This document shows, piece by piece, positions 61,560-64,000 of a stretch of DNA of 64,000 nucleotides (positions are counted from its first letter, which is position 1; every line of letters starts with the position of its first letter). Source of the stretch: Squalus acanthias (Eukaryota); NCBI GenBank assembly GCA_030390025.1, contig CM059431.1, positions 133,116,001 to 133,180,000 of the forward strand, written 5' to 3'. Both the position numbers and the translations under genes were made by a program. The notes below the pieces were generated by a model. That model did no database searches and was not told the origin of the DNA. It worked only from the letters and a program-made list of their open reading frames with translations.

Positions 61560-62871
61560 TCAGGGCCACCTCATTGGAACAACCTCTCTCACCACTGACA
61601 GATTGCTTCTGTCATCTCACCTGCAGCTGCCATCTATTGCAGCAACATCGGTGCCCTTTGAAAAAACACACCTTGGTCCTCTGAATCCTTCCACGATCAG
61701 TCCCAACACCAACATCACCAGGCACACCAACATCACCAACCTTCTCCGCCATCACCTGATGTTGCACAGGACACAGGGCATCAGCCCCTGACAACATTGC
61801 TGGCTGGGAGGCCAGCGATGCATCACCATGATCAGATTTACTTCACTTGACGCTATAAACCCTGGCTGCCACATGATGCGCCAGGTTGACACCATCCCAC
61901 ATCAGCACCGTAAAGCATCCCTTTAATGTCCAAGCCATTCCATGCACACTCATCACTATAGCAGTGGCAGGGGGGGGGAAGAGTTATGTCTCAACATTCA
62001 CTGGAACTCAGTAAGACACTTCTCAAGGTGCGCACAGATCTGTCCAATAAGGTGAAGTGTTGAAAATATAGATTTCACTGTATGACAACCATTACCAGAA
62101 ACTTCACATGAACATTGGCTAAACCTCTCAAGTGCCTACCCTTGTGTGTTGTTAGTTGGTATGCTTGCATTAGGATGACGGTGAGTGTGAGGGGTAGCTA
62201 GTGAGATGGGGATGTGATAATGTAGATAGCGAGGGATGGGTGGAGGTGCAAGGTAAGTTGGTGTGAGTAAGGATGTGCAGGAGTAGGGTAGAGAAGGCAG
62301 AGTGATGGGGATGTGATGAGTGGCACAGCAGGGTGAGGTTGAGCGTGGCATTGCAGTAACATTTCGTGATCTACTGAGATCATTGAAAGGTTGGCGCCAC
62401 TGCAGCCAGGGACTCCTGACGACATCCCTGCTTGTGCCCTCCTGTGCAATGTGCAACCAGACTACGTTGATCTCCTGTGGAGGTCTCTTCCGCCCATGGG
62501 AAGGGAAGAGAATCTCCCTGCGTGCTGTGACTCCCGCCATAAGCATATGGAGGGAGTCATGGGAGAGCCGGAGTGCAGCCGTGCACCCTCTGTGCAGTGC
62601 TTGTCAGTGTTTGCAGCACCTCAATGCTGTAGAATACTGACAGCACAAATGTCAAAATGAATGTGGCCGTGGTACCTTTAACGAAACCGGCTGATGACGC
62701 GTCATCAAATGACGTCATCAGACCCGTGTCCTTTTAATTGGTCGGGAACACCGCTGGGCGGGCTTAACAAGGCCAATCTACGGAAAATCTTTTTCAGAGA
62801 GCGGCTGGAGACGGGAGCGAGACCGGAACCCGCCAACCAGCTCTCCCGCCTCCACTGGGAAAATCCAGCCC
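61560..62871 (-). mobile_element. Second copy of the Myb-bearing non-autonomous Harbinger, inverted relative to the 51.4 kb copy
   Basis: ORF 62136-62546 GVTARREILFPSHGRKRPPQEIN..WLHIAQEGTSRD..QWRQPFNDLSRSR; terminus GGGAAAATCCAGCCC; truncated at the other end. Confidence 0.87.
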
Positions 62872-62924
62872 ATAGTTTTTCTTTTGATTAACATTGTTAT
62901 TGATTTTTCCCCCCAAAATTAGCC

Positions 62925-63540
62925 AAGGCATAGAATACAAGAGCAGGGAGGTTATGCTTGAACTGTATAAAATGCTAGTTAGGCCACAGCTAGAGTACTG
63001 CGTGCAGTTCTGATCACCACATTACAGGAAAGATGTGATTGCACTAGAGAGGGTACAGAGGAGATTTACGAGGATGTTGCCAGGACTGGAGACTTTTAGC
63101 TGTGAGAAAAGTTTGGATAGGCTGGGGTTGTTTTCTTTGGCACAGAGGAGGCTGAGGGGAGACTTAATTGAGGTGTATAAAATTATGAGGGGCCTAGATA
63201 GAGTGGATAGGAAGGACCTATTTCCCCTAGCAGAGAGGTCAATAACCAGGGGGCATAGATTTAAAGGAACTGGTAGAAGGATTATAGGGGAGTTGAGGAG
63301 AGCTTTTTTCACCCAGAGGGTGGTGGGGGGTCTGAAACACACTGCCTGACAGGGTGGTAGAGGCAGAAACCCTCATCACATTTAAAAGGTCTTTGGATAT
63401 GCACTTGAAGTGCCGTAACCTACAGGGCTACGGACCAAGCGTTGGGAAGTGGGATTCAGCTGGATAGCTCTTTTTCGGCCGGCACAGACACGATGGGCTG
63501 AATGGCCTCCTTCTGTGCCATAAATTTCTATGATTCTATG
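62925..63540 (+). mobile_element. CR1 3' fragment
   Basis: EYKSREVMLELYK..LERVQRRFTRMLPG..FFTQRVVG; tail TTCTATGATTCTATG. Confidence 0.95.
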
Positions 63541-64000
63541 AAAATCACATTTAGGAATGTCACAGTAAGACCATTATATTCAACAAAGAAAGAATATAAT
63601 GTAGCAATAAGCATCATCTTAATCAATATAGATTTAGATCTACATCTTCTTTGCCTCTTAAGAGAAATTAGATATCTGGGTTTGATTTGCACTGGCTTCA
63701 ATTCAACAGAACTACTCTGATACCATCACAAACTGAGAGCTTATCAGCTTAAATAACACCCTTCAGACGTCTCATGGACATCTATTTCATCTGAAATAAA
63801 ATGAACTTATTCTATATTTATTTGACTTCCATGTGTACCTAAATAACAACAATCGCCCCTTCAAAGTAACTCGCTGTATGTGAAGTGCTTTGAGCCATTT
63901 CTGATATATAACGCACTATTGAAAAGGAAGCTAGCTGGTCCCTCACTTACTTTGACAGTTTCGTAAATTGCAGTGTCCTTTGGAAATATACAAAATCATA

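Noticed and set aside
51437..62871. 11.4-kb composite transposon bounded by two Harbinger ends
   Set aside because: Flanking triplets differ (GAA vs ATA); independent insertions are simpler.

Overview
Eukaryotic, not prokaryotic. This is a repeat-dense, apparently non-coding vertebrate interval, almost certainly from a cartilaginous fish (shark). The evidence is an HE1-type V-SINE, DeuSINEs, CR1 LINEs with (CTATG)n-like tails and L2 LINEs. I recognise no host protein-coding exon: every long ORF is a LINE ORF2 fragment, a PIF/Harbinger remnant or a repeat artefact. Main contents: (i) a ~2.6 kb G-run minisatellite at the left edge; (ii) a nested CR1/Harbinger/MITE pile-up at 4.2-10.9 kb with a dead HARBI1-like transposase carrying a polyQ/H tract; (iii) a PIF/Harbinger system with a transposase pseudogene, two Myb/SANT-bearing deletion derivatives and at least six CpG-rich MITEs, all with A-initial 3-bp target-site duplications; (iv) many CR1, L2 and SINE copies, including SINE-LINE pairs with shared 3' tails; (v) a TE-poor, AT-rich but CpG-retaining 28.6-35 kb domain that looks regulatory. 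The best leads are an ~890 bp MITE family that seems to keep both Harbinger promoters and start codons facing each other, and a fold-back SINE whose arms share private variants. I found no convincing wholly new gene system. Family names come from recalled consensus sequences and need database confirmation; coordinates are read by eye.
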